A stretch of DNA of 64,000 nt, from NCBI GenBank assembly GCA_051294905.1, contig CM119372.1:9674001-9738000 (forward strand). Direction: 5' to 3'. Under the pieces are notes generated by a model that saw only the letters and a program-made list of their open reading frames with translations, was not told where the DNA came from and did no database searches. The position numbers and the translations under genes are program-made. The DNA comes from Botryllus schlosseri. Lineage: Eukaryota. How positions within the stretch are numbered: the first letter of the stretch is position 1; the number at the start of each line of letters is the position of its first letter. Positions 1 to 12,783 of this stretch are shown here, one piece after another.

Positions 1-894
1 TGCATCGGTTCTAGGAAAGTCGATCCCTATTGACATGTGACATTCTGTGACCTACACCAAATACCACGTGTTCTACGCTGGAACAGAGCCACAGAGATTA
101 GCATTGGATAATTTCGAGGCTTTTATTTAGTGTTTTGCATGATTAAACACCAGTTTTAAATACAAAAAGCTTCACATTTTGGGTGGTTTCTGATTTGCTG
201 TAATATTTTACTACGAACCGGAGTCCGAAGTGATCAGCGTTGCTACTCAAATAGCACAAGTAACGCCTTACATTTCTACTCAATTAGAAGCAGAAGTAGT
301 CCTTTCTAAGGCATGTCAAAACTACTTCAAGTAGAAGATGAAATGAAAGGTCTGAGAATTACTAAAAGTCATTAAATGTCTAAGTAGGCTTGGTCGGGGG
401 GAGGGTGGTCACATACTTTAAACAGTTTGTCGGAGGTGGCTACTTACGAAATCGTAAGATGTACCGCCGCATATAGCGCAAAATGACTATAATGACACTA
501 CCCAAGGGTAAAATCCTCGAAAAAGATATACTCAGTTACCGTGATTCAGAGGCTATTTTACGCGTTTCTTATGGCAATTTAACTCATGATAGTGGTGCAA
601 TATTATCCCTGAACTACTTTCTACTTTACAAAAACCCAATTGCAAAAGTAATTAGTTCATCCAGAATACTGTTCAGGTAGATGTTGAAGTAGTTGTAAAA
701 CATTGCCATATTAGTAAGTACTGCAAGTAGCCAAAATCTACTCGAGTACTTCGAGAAAGTAGAAATATTCCACATATATAATATCTCAAAAACGTGACGT
801 GATGGAGTAAAAATAACGTCAGATTCGTATTCAGCGCCCCCAAATCAGGTATAATTGACTCAAAGAAGTCCTGGTGCAAAAATCGTGTAGACCA

Positions 895-1690
895 GTGTAA
901 TCTAATTCTAATCTAATTTTTGAGTTATGTTTTTATGCTCTAATTTCAATTCTAATCTAATCTAATTCAGGAAATGTTTTTATGCACTAATTTTTATTCG
1001 AAAATAATTTGTGAAATATTTTTATGTTATAATTTTAATTCTAATCTAATTTATGGATTTCATGAAGACTACAGGAGAACAGCATACTGCGAAACGAGCC
1101 AAGATTGGTGTACATGAGGGGCGGGCAACTTCTCCAGTCGGTGAGCCAGATATAGGAAAATTAAGCACTTGGCGGGCTGGATTCCCAAATTGATCTATTC
1201 ATTGATACATTGATACACCCTCACCCTATATAAGGAATAAGTCGTATCGGGGCCAACGGTCTACAGCCCCCGGCGTATATAATGTGAATTTGAAAACACG
1301 ACGCCCAAAACAGTATTTAATGAATTTGTTAACTGAATATACTTCAATAGCTGTCAAAGTCAATGAGATCTGTATTCTGTGGTCAATCAAAGTTGTCAGG
1401 CCGCTTAAAACCCCTTTGCGGGCTGTTTCCGGCCCATCGCCCCTGGTTTACAGAATACAGAGAAAGACATTTGTCCCATGCTTATAAGAATCAACTCTTA
1501 TCTGATGTAAACCGAACTCAACTCAATTCAGAAGTTTACCGAATTCAGTAATTCTAATTCTAGTCAAATTTGGAAATAACTTTGAGGATTATAGCTATAA
1601 TAATGCTAATTCTAGTCTAATTTCAAAAAGTATGTGTGTATTGTCGGGACTCGGGAGTCACTATAATTCTAATTTGGAAAAGCTGGGAAT
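895..1690. repeat. Degenerate element with (TAATTCTAATC)-type subterminal arrays at ~895-1055 and ~1540-1690, interrupted by a hAT-like fragment
   Basis: Repeated CTAATT/TCTAATCTAATT motifs in two blocks. The segment at ~1116-1240 matches the left end of the element at 20034. Confidence 0.5.
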
Positions 1691-3401
1691 TTTATAGTTG
1701 TCCAACTAGTAAATTGACTACCACCATAGAAGTTTCATATATGAAATTCACTGTCACGGATATGAATTTTCAGTAGAGTTAGGAGATGTATCGATGCTTC
1801 CCATGGCAGTGAGTTTGTGTCTACAATGCGTATAATAATTCTTTCAATTCTTGGCAGAAGAGTGGTAATTAGCAATGAGACCCATGACATGATATAATAT
1901 AGAACACAATTCCTTCACTGACCGTGCAGCTGTAGAAAAGGTGAAAATTTAAGAGGGTGCTCCAAAATATACCTCAGGATGTTACGCTAAATTTAAGAAA
2001 CATTCATGAACACATTAAGCTCAACCTATCATAGATTTCCGTTTCACATACCGATTGATTCTTCCCGGAAAGGTGTCTTCTGACACGGTTTTGGCAACAC
2101 AGGTTTCCCGAAGTATCTGTCTCGTATTCCTCGAAACACGTCGACCACACTTCGGCTATTGATATTCCATATTGAATCACTATGTGCGGTGGAAGGAGAT
2201 TGAGACATTGAAGGGCTTCCATGAGTTATGTTGTCTTCTCGGTGGACAAGATTGTTCTGATGTAATCCCATAGATCCAACACATACACCATTTTGGTGAG
2301 AGCTCATGCTTCGCCAACCTTATTAAATACATATCAAAATTGGTTAGTAATCCAGATTATCAATGACTACAAAGTTAGTTGTCACCAATAATTATTAGTG
2401 ACAACAAAAACACCTTTCTTTCAGCATCGATCTATCAATCATTCTTAAATGAGCTTTTCATTATTTCAACACATCACAATATTGTGTCACAATCACAGAA
2501 TGAGAAGATAAGGTTAGTGCTGAACCAAATTTGTCAAGTCTATACCGGCAATTTGAGCAAGACTATTTCATACAATCCAGGATCACCATTAATATATGCG
2601 AGGCATCGATTTTCAAGGAGCTATTTCTGAAGTAGGCCAAAAAAACGTAACCAATTGTTATGGATTTATAAGGCAAAGAATATTTCAGATGTTAAGAGAT
2701 TCTAAAGACAATATTTTTTCTCAAAATAATACAGTCAGCAACATCATGTGATTCATGTCTATATGAAATCAAAATCACACTTTTACAGTGTAATACAAAA
2801 TCGACATATATTTTGGTAACTCTGGCTAATACTTCTAGAATCTTTCAACGAGAAACGGAGAAAGTCAACACTGCAGCTGAGCTCAATCCAGGTAAAATTG
2901 GGTCGAAAATGGTAATTTGCTCAAATTACCGAAAACTTCAGTAATATCGAATAGATATTACTTGAAGCTACGAATCGAAGTTAAATATTCTATCGATTAC
3001 ACACTTACGAAACAACATACTGCACAGTGCACACGTATTATCACTGTCGATGATATTCCCGTTTTGCGCTCTCTCGACCATGAACCGCAAGGCTCAAAAT
3101 TAAACAGGAATCACGCTGCCATATGACGTCATGCTATAAATCAGAGGCGTCAAACTATAGATATAACTAACCTCCGTAGGTTAGTTATCTATAGTCAAGT
3201 CAAACACCGCCGCCCATATTCGCATATTGCTGCCGGACAAGATATCACATATGTGTGACTTGATGTTACGGGAGACTAATATGGCAGTAATAAAGCAATA
3301 TATATCATCTCTAGGAGCATTAGTGACCTGATAGACTCTCGCTCCCTGTCTACGCCTATGGATAATATCCATTGGATATATAAACGAGATATTCGCGTAT
3401 G

Positions 3402-3745
3402 TAGGATTACCATATGTCCTCCTTCAGGAGGACTTTTCCTCCTTTTTGAGTTTTTTTTAAATGTCCTCCGAGGACGCCTAAATGTCCCCCTTTTTGGCAA
3501 TTCGTCCTCCTTCACAGCTTTTAGATCTAAGATAATGGGTAGATTCGAGTGAAAATGGGCATAAATGACGTTAAATAGGAAATTCGTGGTTCGAACGAAT
3601 ATGTCGACCTTTTTTTATTTTAGTTAACCAACGTCCACGAAGTGGGAAAAATTTACCATTTTCTCTGGATTTTCCTCCGGTATTCTAAGTTTGAAAATTT
3701 TGAAAAAGTGTCTTCCTTTCCCGATTCCAAAATATGGTAACCCTA
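3402..3745. mobile_element. Non-autonomous hAT-type element, TIR TAGGGTTACCATA family
   Basis: TIRs TAGGATTACCATA...TATGGTAACCCTA; flanks CGCGTATG/CGCTTATG (7/8 TSD). Related copies at 36975, 56176 and ~42235. Confidence 0.8.
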
Positions 3746-5614
3746 CGCTTATGTCTTGTGCCACACCGGAGGTAGCGGTGATACGATTTCAGGTTAGCCC
3801 TAGAACATTTTGCAGCGTATGAGACATCCGGTGAGGTTTTTGAGCACTGTGAAAGTATCGAATGTAAACATTCGATAATGAAAGCGTACAATTATGAAGA
3901 TTTTCTGGCGGGGTACACAACCCCTGCGAGACAAATTCGTCATACCATCCACGTAAAATAGGTAGGTGGAAAAGTGGGATACTTGATAAAATAAGTATGG
4001 GGTCATATCTGATGGAATGATGGGACTTTGACGCCGTCCAGCTCTATATTGTCGTCGATTAAAACTCCATAGGATTGCGATAGAACGAAAAGATCGAAAG
4101 GGATTTTGGAAAAGTTAAAATTAACCATCCATCTTGACCTATAGATATCACAATTGAAGAATGCGTCGATGCGAGGCATCCAACGTAAATGAAGGGACAA
4201 TTTTCATCAAAGCGGCGGAATTCGATATATTAAAAACTCGATTCGGAAGGCCCTAATCTAAAATTAGTCTTGATTCATTACAAACATCTTCATTTTCACT
4301 TGAAGGTAGAAAATAGACCAAAAACTCGAGGACGCTAGGATACAGACAAAATATTACAACTCGCAGTGTCGCGGTACGGAGGGACAGTAACCAATCCGAC
4401 TATTTTTATATATGGTGTGTACTGGTCAAATCGTTCGATCCTGTCATATGATCGATTGATGTGACCCTTAGGTTTGTATGTCTAGGTTGCGAGCTTGCGA
4501 CTGCCCAATTTTGAACCTGGGTATTTCAAGGCCAACTGCATGCTGATAAAATTGAAAAATATAGTTTTTGTCACGCCACATTCTTGATCATAAAATCCAT
4601 CGCCTGACACTTAGTAGAATGACCTGGCGGGCAATATGTAGCCCGCAGGCCACGAGTATAGGCTTTCTTAATATATTTTTGTGCCTAATACGAAAACAGT
4701 TGTTCCACGTTCAGTGTTGCGTTCGAGATACGGATCTGTAGAGTCAGAGATATCGGTAGAGTTTTAGATGCCACGGAGATCATATCATTGATACCGCGAT
4801 TCTGCCAACCAATCATTGGCGTTATGACCAATGACCAATGACCATAAACAAACATATGCAAAATCACCCATCCAATTATAATATCGCAATAATAATAATA
4901 CGATAATAGACGAGGCGTGTCTTATCCGATATTTTCGGTTAAAACGCATCCTGAACCTATACCAGCCGATCAGCGAATTGATCTATGTCGCTACCTTCAC
5001 GGTGAGTCAATACATTACGGGAACAGAAAATGTATTTGCGTACAAATACCGATTCTACAAGACCATGGTATAATACCCCCGACAAGCCCAATAAGGACCA
5101 AGCGTCTTTTACCAATGATATATTCATAATGACTCTTCCCGATGGAGTCTGGTTTGAAGGGTTAGGGACATTCGGCAGTGTCTCGAATTTGCTACTCAAT
5201 TCTGCCGAATAAAGTCTGTTGGTAACACGTATGGGATCAACGAGAGATTAAAATTAGCCTACGACCACGAAAGCAACCATAAGCCTTCCCCAATTCATTT
5301 AGAACAACCGATAGTTCAATGGGAGGGAGTATTATTCTTTCTTTTCTATCCAAAGCAATTCGGATGTTGAGAGTGATTTCATGTTAGTTACGTTATGCAA
5401 TTTCGGCGTCGCCTGTTTGCGCTACCGTGTGAACGATGAACAACTGGCGGGTGGGATTGTTATATTTCAGGCAACCGATTGAAGACATGCTATAATATTC
5501 CAATTAGAAGTAGCTCCGAAAAACATCGTGTCGTATGGATTACGGCGGAAATTAATTTTCAGTATATACGTCATGAATGATGAATAGATTCTACTTACAA
5601 GGTGCGTTCAAAAC

Positions 5615-6592
5615 TAGAGATGGTGTGAACGTGAGGTTCACGTTCGCGTTCTGTGTGTGAACCTCAGAAATTTAAAGGTTCGCGTTCACAACAGAGCCTT
5701 GGTGGGTTCTGCACTGTGAACCTTTGGTAAATTGCAATTTTCACTCCATTATAAGATTTTTGGCTCAAATTTATTGCATTTCAACTGCGTGCCACTCCAT
5801 GAATGGTGCTGGCAGCATAAAAAATTAACACTAAACGAGCATGCACCATGCACCTCGAAACCTTAAAAGTTTTACTTGCTTTGTTGCAAAAATTTTCTCG
5901 GATAATCCAGCTTTCCGTTTGTGAATATTTAGTGACTCTCTGCTGTGAGCCTGACCCGCAATCGATATACGTAGTCAGCGAATGATGCTTAGTCAACCAA
6001 TCAATGACATTGATATCGTCTTCTGGTGTAAAAAATCGAACGGTCGTACTGGGTCAATCTTGACTTCATATCTTTACTGTATCATTAAAACCAAATCCGT
6101 GCGATTAAGGTGCGTGCTACTGCTGCATAACTTGTTGTTTGTGGTATCGGTAGCGAGTATAGAAACCCGTTGTACACTCTGCTCAATATCAATGTAGCAA
6201 TACTCAGACTCCGAACACATTGTCCGGTCTGGCTAAGACCGTTAAGGCGTAAGCTTATATTCCTTGGTAAGTCCTCGTCGAAATTGTTGGCAAAGCGACG
6301 GAATGCACTGATTTTATGCAATTATTATATCCTTTGATTACCGCGGTTGATACATTTAGCGACGTTTAAAACGCCGATATGTACTTCAGCATTGTGGCAT
6401 TATGTGGGCCGAATCTTCGCTAGGTATCGTGTACAACATTAATATAGGGCATAGGCTTTGAAAGAAAGGGTTGGAATTAGCAATATGACGTCACGTGACG
6501 TCACGAGGTTCACGTTCGTGTTCACACAGAACCTTTCAAAAAGGTTCGCGTTCACACGAACCTGAACCTTTCAGAGGTTCACACCATCCCTA
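5615..6592. mobile_element. ~1 kb non-autonomous hAT element, TIR TAGGGATGGTGTGAAC family (copy 1)
   Basis: TIRs TAGAGATGGTGTGAAC...GTTCACACCATCCCTA; perfect 8-bp TSD TTCAAAAC (5607-5614, 6593-6600); subterminal GTTCAC/GTGAAC repeats; highly similar inverted copy at 59714-60716. Confidence 0.92.
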
Positions 6593-8299
6593 TTCAAAAC
6601 ACTTATCCCCTGCGAAACGATACTGCTATTATACAATTTACTGTGATTTCAGTGGAAATTTAATCAGATGCAACCACCATGGGCCACCGTTAACAGAAGA
6701 ATTGTGATTTGGGATTTCGCCCAAAACTTGACATGGTATTTGTTTTGGTTCCAGCTGGATGGATGACTTTCTGTAATTATGCCACGCATCACTATCATCA
6801 TCATTGCATCGTGTATCTTGTATATCGCATTGTACATTGTGTGTGTGTATGAGTAAATGAAAATATAATCATTCGATTGATTGATTGATCATGTTGACTG
6901 CACTATGCGGTGACAAATGGGAGTTTATCCACACATACCGCGATCATGAAAAGGCTCAGAACCACTGCTATGTAGTATATATACCTATAAATACATATAC
7001 ATTTATAGGGTACGATAATACTATCCGGAGATATGTAATGTTACTGAGTCCTGGTAGTCAAGTGACAAAAGAGTTCAAATCAAGACTGTACCGGCGAATT
7101 GTGTGAGCTATTCATTTAGATAAGATGTCGGTAGATAGTGACAACAAAACAAATATTATATCGATTCGCGACACCGCGCGCGGGTTCAAATCTGGCACGG
7201 TTGCTATGGTTGCATATATAGCCACAGCCTCGTTACCTCCGAGCTTAACCTATTTTGATATAACTTCAAAATCCTGTCTACTCGTACCTTTGGTTGTTTC
7301 TACACTTATCTCACCACATAACTCACTTTTCCCACTCCAGTCCAGCGATTTCACAATACTTGCGCAAGAATACGTATCAGTATCGTTTTGGTTTTCACGG
7401 AGGACGGACGCTTCTCGGTGTGCTGTCGCCTTTGCTGAGCTTTCAGACGAATTGGCGTACATTTCGCAGGATAAAATCCTGCACAGGCGAAAAACGTATT
7501 TCTACATTCCCAAACAACCTCGCAAGAACCGAAGCCGACGAAATTACGAAGAAAACAGCGCTAAATCGCGAGCAAATCGTTTCCGACAGCGGTAAGTGGT
7601 AAGTACGATTTGCATTCGCCCGTAGCGAGATTTCGCCAATGGCGTGGTTTGATTATTCAGATATCAGTAACAATTTCTGGGCTGAGACATTCACCCGGCA
7701 CCATTTCATTTCCGTTTGACTACCCGTTAGAGACACAGGAGTCAGGTAAGAGTCGTGTAGTTTCTGCGCTGTCATAAATAAGTGAATGAGTTTCCGGTGA
7801 AATTACCGTTCTCATAACGGATAATGGTACCGCCAACTGGTCCGGTCCGGATACGGAATATTAATCAACTTTAACCACCAATGCTTGTGGTCTTCGAGTA
7901 ATCAAATTAAACAATGTTCTAAAGTCAATTACTTAAGCGGGTCGCGGAATTCAATGTATTTTCGATAGGATACACTGTTGCATTTTGCGTATCGTGATTA
8001 ATATCGGATTCGAGGACTAATATCACGGTTGTATAATCCAAGCCGGGTCCGGATTTACATGCCAGACATTCTTATCGCATTTCAATGGCTGTTCTATTCT
8101 TGTACGAGAGAAATCAAACTGGCAATCATGCCGGCGTCGACCTGATTCAACTTGTTTGGCCGTGTTTACGCTACCACGCGCCAGTTCTTTTGACCTTACA
8201 TACGTCATCTCGGCACGACCCGCCAGGACCTGGGATATTATGTAGGCGTGCCAATCGAATACGACACTGGCGAGCTTGGGGCTTATATGAAACAGTTTG

Positions 8300-8500
8300 C
8301 TCACGTTTGAATTGAACAATATTCGGTCAACATCTGAACATTTCTTGAATAGCCTCGTAATATATATGGAACAGTATGAACAATATTCAGTCAACATCTG
8401 CATACTTTTAATTGTCTCAAAATAGATACGAAACAATTTCCTTATATTTGAATTGAGCAGTATTGCGTCAACACCCGAATACTTCTTTAATGGCCCCAAC
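8300..8500. repeat. Degenerate ~70 bp tandem repeat, about 3 units
   Basis: GAACAATATTCGGTCAACATCTGAACA / GAACAATATTCAGTCAACATCTGCATA / GAGCAGTATTGCGTCAACACCCGAATA recur at ~70 bp spacing. Confidence 0.6.
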
Positions 8501-8660
8501 ATGTATATTAACATAAAAGAAACGATATATTGAATGAGCTGACTCTAAAACGGCAAATAATTATATATGAACTAAGAATATTTGTCTGATACATAAATTT
8601 GGAGTTGAACTTGTAGGGTCGTGATTACCTCAATGGAAAATTACCCGACTGTAAGGCTCG

Positions 8661-8811
8661 TGACATCATTTGGCTGGTGACATCACGGAAAGTTACTGCA
8701 GTCGTTTCGTAATGTTGCATCAGCGCCTTGAACCAATCAGGACGCAGCGCTACTGATGACGTGAATAATACGTCACGTAACCCGCGGCAACGCTTTTCTT
8801 ACTTTACGTAA
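8661..8811. promoter_or_regulatory. Cluster of bZIP-type motifs plus CCAAT box (candidate promoter/enhancer of the bZIP gene)
   Basis: TGACATCA x2 (8661, 8678); TTTCGTAA (8705); GTTGCATCA = TGATGCAAC C/EBP-ATF element (8714-8722); CCAAT (8733); TGACGTGA (8757); ACGTCACGTAA (8770); TTACGTAA (8804). All within 150 bp. Confidence 0.5.
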
Positions 8812-10098
8812 CGGCTGGCATCTCTCGAAAAGCATAAGCCGCCTACGCCGGTACTAGGGCATTTGCAGTCTGCTGTAGTGCGAGCCGGTTAACTTTGTAT
8901 TGTAGTCTCATTGCGGACTGAGTTGATATAATAGCAATAGCACTCAGTAATGCAGACTTGTCTTGGTGTCAGAATTAATGATGTTGTATTTTCTCTTCAG
9001 TTGTAAGCGTTCTAGTTGTGGGTGAAAATAATTCCAAGCTAGCACATTTAGTTTTGCGACTGAATGTGGAATTGTATGATATCTGAGAGTATTTGTTTGA
9101 ATTTTAACGCCGAAAGCACGATGCATTTTCGTCGCCGATAAGGCGATGGGGTTTCAAAGAACCCCCTTCCGCAGTGAGGGTGAAAATGGGTTGCAACCCT
9201 AAGCATAAACGCAGGTAAAACTTTACTAATTCAAGTAATTATTGGTAATTAAACAGTAATACTTCCAGCATATTACGATTCGTGATAACGTGTGCCGTTC
9301 CCTGACTGTGCATACTGCGATTACGCAATCCTAGGATTAATCGCGCAATGACGAAGCGTTTTTCAGTCTCTCGCCTTTTTGGTAACGCCTCCGTAAACGA
9401 TTGGCTCTCGAACTTATTTCCACTCCAAATACACGGATATACGCACATTTAACCGAATCACCAAATGCAGGCGGTATGATTTGCAGCGATCGCCTGAAAA
9501 CGCGAATTTGTACGCGTGTATTAATGTATCCTTTTGTAGTTCTTTATGTTCATTATGAAGCAATTACATACATCTTTCGGCGAATTATTTGGCTCTGAAA
9601 TGGTACCTACGCTTGTCACGTGATTTATACAAAATTTTCATCAGTGCGCGGTACTTGTGACAAGCATCGCGACAGATATTTCTCGAAGCGCGAATATTAG
9701 CACCGTTTTCATTGCAGTAATCGCTATCGCTACGAGGGGTTTCCCCTGGTACAGCGTGCGGTTTTGTTCAGTATTTATGAGGCGCGTGACTCTGATGTCA
9801 ATTGCTCCTGCGTGGAGCTTTGGGCGAGTTTTGTTTCTTTTAAAGCGCGAAATTTGGTTCTCTTCGGTAAACAATGTGGGCAGGTCCTTACTTGCCTGGC
9901 GATTCGAGATAAATTCTTTGTTATTGTAACTTCGAGAAAAAAGAGCATATCTCTCGCACGCGCCATATAATATATCCCCGCGTTTGATTCCGAATTCATA
10001 ACAAACCAGACAGTGTGCGAGTGAACAGCGAATATAACAGCTCCGTGTAAAAGCATATGGGAATTGATTACGCGATTGGCAGAGCCGAGCAAGCGATA

Positions 10099-11537
10099 AT
10101 GTTAGACCCAAGATCAAAATCATTTTCAAATAGCAATCCTAGTAAGTCGAAGAAACCTTAGACATGATATAGTATGTTCCTTTACTAAATTTCGTGATCT
10201 ACTTGCAGGATGGTTGTTAAACGAAGCACCAGAACAGCAATATATCATGATGAATTCAGTCAACGCTTTCGACGATCGGGGGTCGCCCCTGGGTGTCACC
10301 CCTGTAGATGCGATGTTCGGCAACTACAGCGAAAGCCACCCTCTTAGCCCTACATTTTCAACAGGTAAGATATTGTAGAAGAAATGTGGCTGATTATGAT
10401 GCTGATGTTTTGCTTGCAATTTTTCAGACGCCTTCAGCGATCCACACGGACCGATATTGGATAATGGCAATGGAACATGTCAATCCCCTGGGTTGGAATC
10501 GGTGTATTCTAGCCGAACAAACATGGGAACCCCGAACAGTTATGTAGCGGACTTCCAATTTGGCAGCCCCCGCGAACGTCTACTGAGCACCAGTAGTTCG
10601 ACATACGCATATTCCCCGTACAATACCTACGAAGAGCGGGCTTCAACTCCCTGTATTCAAAGACAGGCTTCATTAGAGATGGTGGAGCAGTATTTCAACA
10701 ACTCGCCGTGCGGCGGCAGCTGTGCAGAAGACACCGAAATACTGGACACCTCGTCGCAGGGCTTCAATGCTCACTTTTTTGCGAGTACCGAACTTGCACA
10801 ACAAAATGCAGTTGATCCGACTGCCCAGAATGCGGATTACCTTATCAATATTATGAATGACTGTGCGATCCCAGGAATTGTAGTGACTGCCGGTTCGCCT
10901 CGAGGTAAGTCGCTCACTTGTAACGGTATAGTTTCCGTGATCTAACATTATCTTGTCATCCTTAGGTTCTTCGCAAACATCAAGCAGCAATAACGACAGC
11001 AGCAACACAACTACTGCAACAAACAACTCACCATCTCAAGTATTCGTCACCACAACTCCACAAAATACCGTCACCCCGTGCCCAAACGCACAACTTCAGT
11101 TACCGAGGCAATTATCAAGCCTGAGTGACATCATTTCAGAGACAATTCCAACCAGCAGTCAAGACGCGCCGATGGTTGAAGACCGTGTTAATTCTTTCAT
11201 GCAAAATACGTCGTTCGGCACTTTGGACACTACGGTGCTGGAAATTTGCGAAAATCCGTACCCGTCCGACGAAAATTGTCAGAATATTACTACGAACAAT
11301 ACCCCGCGTAACGCGCAACCCGAGGAAGACATTGTCGCGGCTAGACGCGAGAGGAATAACGCGGCGTGCCGTGCGTCTCGTAAGCGACGAAAAGACAAAA
11401 AAACCGAGATGGAACAATCTATAGGCGCGTATGAGAGTGACAATAAAAGTCTTCGGCTTCAAATTGAAAATTTGGAAGTCGAATGCAAGCGCATGAAGCA
11501 GGAAATTTTTGCTCGTATGGGTACCGTCGCCCGTTAG
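10099..11537 (+). CDS. bZIP transcription factor, C/EBP/PAR-like basic region, with long S/T/P/N-rich N-terminal region
   Basis: Exons 10099-10141, 10209-10364, 10428-10904, 10966-11537, joined by GT-AG introns of 61-67 nt with consistent phase 1. C-terminal RRERNNAACRASRKRRK followed by heptad zipper (..DNKSLRLQIENLEVECKRMKQEIF). The first exon/start is less certain; an alternative ATG lies at 10247. Confidence 0.88.
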
Positions 11538-12194
11538 TTTTTGGGAGAAGATCGCAATTCTCCTGTGCGGTATGGAGAAATTGTACTCGACCCCCCCTTG
11601 AATCCCAATCATTCTGAAAAAAACTGTGTTGCGTGCGGTATGACTAGTGGTATAGCTGGGCGGGTTATCTGCTCGAATTTGTTGCCAAATTTTTGTGATA
11701 CGTTAAGTTATTATGATGATGATATCTATTTTTTAAACGATGGTTCCCTTTTCTACTTGACTTTCCAAAAACCCCAGTTTCATTTCTTCTGGTCCATTGT
11801 TATTCGGTGCTTTGTTTCCACTCCGAACGACTCATTTCTGTACAATGTAGCTAGCGGCGTCATTTTGAAAATCGAAAAAAAGACACAAAATTAAAAAATG
11901 CTCAAAAAAGTTTAAATGTTTGAAAACCTTTTAAAAAAAATTTCTGATATACTTTTAGAGCATTTCTTTGTGCGACTTGTTTTTCATTTTCTTTTGCGCA
12001 CTAGCGCTTGTAACCTCGGCTTACTTTGTATAAGCTTTGAATAGGTATTGCACATATACATTGTGGCAGCGGGATTTGTGAAAATCGATACAATGATTGC
12101 AAAGTTAGTGAATGCTTGAAAATGTATTGAAGTGTTTCTCCGTTGTGTATCTGATTTATCATTTTTGCCGCGATCGTGCATATGAATTTTGGCT

Positions 12195-12783
12195 ATGTTG
12201 GTTGACAATGAAATAATGAAGGAATCTGAAACAATGTTTTGTGTACGGTTTTGTAACACCGCGGTCATCAGGCGATTAGTCTCAGTGCTGAGCTGCTTGA
12301 CCTCGATCACCCGGGTAAGCACCGACGAATGTATTGGTGTCTGGCCTCGGTATTCGATTGATTGTTTAGTCAGTCAGGGTAAACAGGACTACGCTGGATC
12401 GTACCGCCGTGGCAAATCTGATCCAGAACAACTTGGCAGAAGTAGGGATTAGTTTCGGGAATCGCTTAACGCGTATGATACTTCGATTCGTCCCAGTGAG
12501 CTGTTTGTATGATGTTCCGCTACCCATGTATCACAAGACACGGTACGGTCAAAACATGCCCAGATGACTTGGTGAGGACGCATACGCAATTACGCATATA
12601 TGCGTGGTTCATCAAAATTTCAGACGAGGTATGGATTGGAGTGGATCTGAGAATCGTTCGTACACAGCGCGGCAAAATTCTGGTGCAATGGACAGCAGTC
12701 GAAGTTGTCGAAGAACCTTGTATAGTTGTAGTCTACACTCAAACACCCATCTTGAGATTCACGACTGGATACTGGGAATATAA
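12195..12783 (+). CDS. Candidate 3-exon gene, ~150 aa, no recognised family
   Basis: Exons 12195-12314, 12370-12542, 12624-12783 splice in frame through GT-AG introns of 55 and 81 nt (donors GTAAGC, GTACGG). Confidence 0.35.

Noticed and set aside
5781..6707. Recurrent ORFs also seen at 39199-40109 and 59968-60678
   Set aside because: Recurrence reflects copies of the same non-coding MITE; frames are not preserved between copies.
9641..10129. 162-aa minus-strand ORF with signal-peptide-like start, and overlapping ORFs
   Set aside because: Non-ATG start, antisense to the bZIP 5' region, no recognisable domain.
10673..11612. Antisense ORFs of 117 and 158 aa
   Set aside because: Shadows of the bZIP coding exons.
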